Shown here: in pieces, positions 60,894 through 64,000 of the stretch
Numbering within the stretch: the first letter of the stretch is position 1
Layout of the letters: the number at the start of each line of letters is the position of its first letter
Program-made: the position numbers and the translations under genes
Assembly (NCBI GenBank): GCA_963845515.1
Contig: CAWJSR010000015.1
Coordinates: forward strand, 64,001-128,000
Length of the DNA stretch: 64,000 bases
Reading direction: 5' to 3'
Source of the DNA: an uncultured delta proteobacterium
GTDB taxonomy: Bacteria > Myxococcota > Myxococcia > Myxococcales > Anaeromyxobacteraceae
Notes under the pieces: model-generated
Told to the model about the DNA's origin: nothing
Seen by the model: the letters and a program-made list of their open reading frames with translations, nothing else
The model's database searches: none

Positions 60894-62160
60894 GTGGACA
60901 CCTCGCGCAGCTCTGGGGGTGGCGTCGCGTCGACGCCGAACGGACCAGGCGTGCGCTCGACCCGTCGCCGGGCGACCTCCTCCCCGATCGTGCGCAGGAG
61001 CGCGTCGGCGCGGGCGAGGTCGGGACGCTTCGGAAGCGTGGAGGCGTCTCGCGCGGCCTCGAGCGCCGGAACGAGCCGCTCCGCCTCCGCGAGCACCGAG
61101 TCGAGATCGACAGCGCCCTTCTTGATCTCGAGAAGGCGGTCGCGGACGGCCCCCTTCATCTCGAGCTCCGGGCGCCCGGTCCGAAGCCATCCCGTGGCGA
61201 CGTGGATGAGCCGCAGGAGGTTGTAGGCGTTCTTCGGCCGGAGCTCGCGAGCGGGCTCTGGCTGCTTCCCACCTCCCCGTGCATATCGGACGAGCGCAGT
61301 GAAGTCGTTCGCGTCCAGCAGCCCCTGGTCGAAGAGCGAGCGGTAGAGCTGCTTCACGTACTCCCTCGCCGCAAGGAGGCCGTCCGCCGGCGTCGGCGCG
61401 GGCCTCGGCGAGATGGCAGCGAGCCGCGCGGCGACCGCGTCGAGCCCGGGGGGCGGATCCTCCTTGAGCCAGTCCAGGACCAGCCCCCGGTGTTCCGCGA
61501 GGCGCGCCGACCGCGAGAGCTTCCCGAGCTGGCTGACCGCATACCGGCCGAAGCTCCCGAACAAGTCCACCGACACGAACGCGTCGCGGGCCTCGAGGAG
61601 CCACTCGCCGATCGGATCGGTCGGGCGCACCGTGTGGACGAAGAGGAGCTCGAGGGTGTTCGGGTCCGCGCGGACCGCCTGCAGGATCGCCTTCCGGTGC
61701 TCCCAGTAGGTGATGCTCCCGTCGGCGCTCGTGAGCGTGCCGGGTGGGTCGACGAGCCCGACCGTCCAGGGAAACGGCAGGACGAACACGCCACGCAGGT
61801 CGGTGTCCGAGCCTTCGTCGGCGAGCCCCCATGCGCGCGACCCGACCGTGGCCTCGAGGACTACGCACGGCCGCAGGGCGTCCCAGTCTGCGGCACGCTG
61901 CTCCGCGAATCTCACCTGTCCTGGGCGACGCGGCAGGAGCTCCTCGCGCGCGTACCGGACGACGCCGACGCCGGTGACCTGGACGTCGAAGCCGTCGTCG
62001 CGGATCGCGACGACTCGCCCGACGCCCCCCTGCGGGATGCGGCGGTCCCCGAGCGTCCGCTCGACGCGGGTCGTCACCTCGGTGCCGTGCGGCAGCGGCA
62101 CGGCCAGCGGATCGATCGGCGCGAGCCCTTCTGGGTGATGGGGATTCGACTCGGCGAGAG
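60890..62160 (-). CDS. DNA polymerase beta-superfamily nucleotidyltransferase (RlaP/YcgL-like) with N-terminal extension
   Basis: VGSRAWGLADEGSDTDLRGVF, DPNTLELLF, KNAYNLLRL, RLLEIKKG; start codon not resolved. Confidence 0.85.
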
Positions 62161-62196
62161 TAGCAGCAGCGCCCGGATTCGCCGACGCCGCCCTCG

Positions 62197-62565
62197 TCAG
62201 TAGAACCAGTGAAGTTGTTCGAGGAACCGGGTGAGCCGATCGAAGGCACGGTCGCCGTCGACGGTTCGGTGCCACTGCCGCCCAGGAACCGCTGTGTCGA
62301 CGAATCGAAACTCAAGCTGTCCGTCGGCCTGCGGCGAGATCCGGAGGTGCGGCAGGTCGGGGCGATACGGGGCTGGCTGCTGAACGAGGCACAGGGTGTG
62401 CATCGACGTCCACGCGTGAAGCCCGTGCACATACCGCGAGCCCATGATTGCCCTTACGAGCTGGAGCATCGCGCTGAACGCCAGCCCCGCGTTCGCCATG
62501 CACCTGAAGCATTCCTCGATTTCGCGCCAAGGACGGGTCATCGACAGGTGTTCTTGCTCGGTCAT
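62197..62565 (-). CDS. Hypothetical protein
   Basis: RBS gagg; 122-aa ORF with visibly lower GC than its neighbours. Confidence 0.65.
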   Translation of the reverse strand: MTEQEHLSMTRPWREIEECFRCMANAGLAFSAMLQLVRAIMGSRYVHGLHAWTSMHTLCLVQQPAPYRPDLPHLRISPQADGQLEFRFVDTAVPGRQWHRTVDGDRAFDRLTRFLEQLHWFY

Positions 62566-62937
62566 CGTGGCCTCACTTCCTCGCACGCGATCCGTTTCGG
62601 CAGGAGCCGACCCGGTGGTGGCCGGCAGCAATGTAACGCCGTAGCATGCGAGCCGATGGCGGAGTTTCGGAGAGAGGCGTGTGGCGTCGTTCGCGGTGCG
62701 AACCGATGCGGCTGCGCTTCACCGGTCCGACACCGGGTCGATCTCCGGTCCGCTCTTCCTTCGCTTCTCTGGGGACGCGTTCCGAGATGATCACTGGAAC
62801 GACTTCCCCGTCGTCGGCCGCGGGCCCGTGATCGAAGTGCGGCCTCCACGCTCGTGACCTGCGCGGAGCGTGACCCCGCGGCACGAGCGGCGCGGTCGCG
62901 CCTGCACGTCGCCCGCGCCTCGGTTAGATTCCTGCCC

Positions 62938-63747
62938 GTGTCCGCCCCGCCCCGTCCCTTCACCGCTGCCCCGTGGCCCGCGAACCCGTCGACGGAGCTC
63001 CCCACCGTCGCCGCGCCGGTGGTGCAGCTCCGCGGGCTGATGAAGGAGTATGGCCAGCTCACGGCGCTGGGCGGCGTGGACCTCGACATCGCGCCGGGCG
63101 AGATCTTCGGCCTGCTCGGCCCCAACGGCGCTGGCAAGACCACGCTCATCTCCATCGTGGCCGGCCTGGTCCGCGCCACTGCCGGCACGGCCACCGTGCT
63201 GGGGCGCGACGTGGTGAAGGACTATCGCTTCACCCGCCGGGCGGTCGGCCTGGTGCCGCAGGAGATCAACTTCGACCCGTTCTTCACGGTGGAGGAGTCC
63301 CTGCGCTTCCAGGCCGGCTACTTCGACCTGCGGCTGGCCGACTCCAGGGTCGAGGAGATCCTCGGCGCCCTCGACCTGCTGCAGAAGCGCGACGTGAGCT
63401 GCCGCCACCTGTCGGGCGGCATGAGGCGCCGCCTCCTCATCGCGAAGGCGCTGGTCCACGACCCCAGGGTGCTCTTCCTCGACGAGCCCACCGCCGGGGT
63501 TGACGTCGAGCAGCGGCGTGCCCTCTGGGCCTACGTGAGGACCCTCCGCGAGCGCGGAACCACGGTCGTCCTCACGACCCACTATCTGGAGGAGGCCGAG
63601 GCGCTCGCCGATCGGATCGGCATCATCGACCATGGCCGCCTCCTGTTGGTGGAGGAGAAGGCCGCGCTGCTCCGGCGCCACGGCGATCGCTCCCTGGAGG
63701 ACGTCTACGTCGAGCTGGTTGGCAGGAAGCAGGAGGGGCCGCCGTGA
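62938..63747 (+). CDS. ABC transporter ATP-binding protein (YadG-like)
   Basis: [29 protein letters not shown]; start uncertain. Confidence 0.93.
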   Translation: MSAPPRPFTAAPWPANPSTELPTVAAPVVQLRGLMKEYGQLTALGGVDLDIAPGEIFGLLGPNGAGKTTLISIVAGLVRATAGTATVLGRDVVKDYRFTRRAVGLVPQEINFDPFFTVEESLRFQAGYFDLRLADSRVEEILGALDLLQKRDVSCRHLSGGMRRRLLIAKALVHDPRVLFLDEPTAGVDVEQRRALWAYVRTLRERGTTVVLTTHYLEEAEALADRIGIIDHGRLLLVEEKAALLRRHGDRSLEDVYVELVGRKQEGPP

Positions 63748-64000
63748 TCTCGCTCGGCCTGCGCACGCTCCTCGTCAAGGAGGTGCGCCGCTTCCTCCGG
63801 GTGCCGGGCCAGACGCTTGCGTCACCATTGGTCACCACCACGCTCTACTTCCTGGTGTTTGGCTGGTCCATCGGCCACCAGCTCCGCGCCGTGGACGGCG
63901 TGCCCTACGCACGCTTCATCGTGCCGGGGCTGGTGGTCATGGGGGTGGTGCAGAACGCCTATCTCAACAGCGCCTCCTCGCTCTTCGTCATGAAGCTGCA
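63744..64000 (+). CDS. ABC-2 transporter permease (YadH-like), 3'-truncated by window
   Basis: GTGA overlap; KEVRRFLRVPGQTLASP..TTTLYFLVFG...FIVPGL. Confidence 0.9.
   Translation, partial: MISLGLRTLLVKEVRRFLRVPGQTLASPLVTTTLYFLVFGWSIGHQLRAVDGVPYARFIVPGLVVMGVVQNAYLNSASSLFVMKL

Noticed and set aside
49000..62900. Prophage, IS or integrative element
   Set aside because: No integrase, transposase, terminal inverted repeats or phage genes recognisable

Overview
High-GC bacterial chromosomal window. Gene content and style resemble Anaeromyxobacter/Myxococcota (inference). Bases 1-49 kb are mostly housekeeping: metH 3' part, cydAB, carbonic anhydrase, dnaB, thiDE, a DegP-like protease, bioAD, a YgiQ radical SAM protein, tatBC, an MCP, PBP1A, an RluA-family enzyme, etfAB, iorAB-paaK-ACT-paaK, SulP and a PAS hybrid kinase. 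Bases ~49.0-62.9 kb form an accessory block bracketed by a collapsed remnant and an intact copy of the same ABC transporter operon. Its core is an RNA-repair locus: rtcB-rtcA-unknown ORF, divergent rtcR, a Ro60/TROVE gene, and a pair of Pol-beta-type nucleotidyltransferase genes (the second internally deleted). Directly downstream of the Ro60 gene are three tandem Y-RNA-like elements that the ORF track does not explain; two contain a circularly permuted tRNA-like domain (YrlA type). rtcB and Ro60 share an identical 19-bp sigma54 promoter, each with a TATC-N6-GATA palindrome at near-equal spacing. Many conserved genes carry single-base frameshifts, most likely sequencing/assembly indels. All protein calls are by motif recognition; no database search was run.
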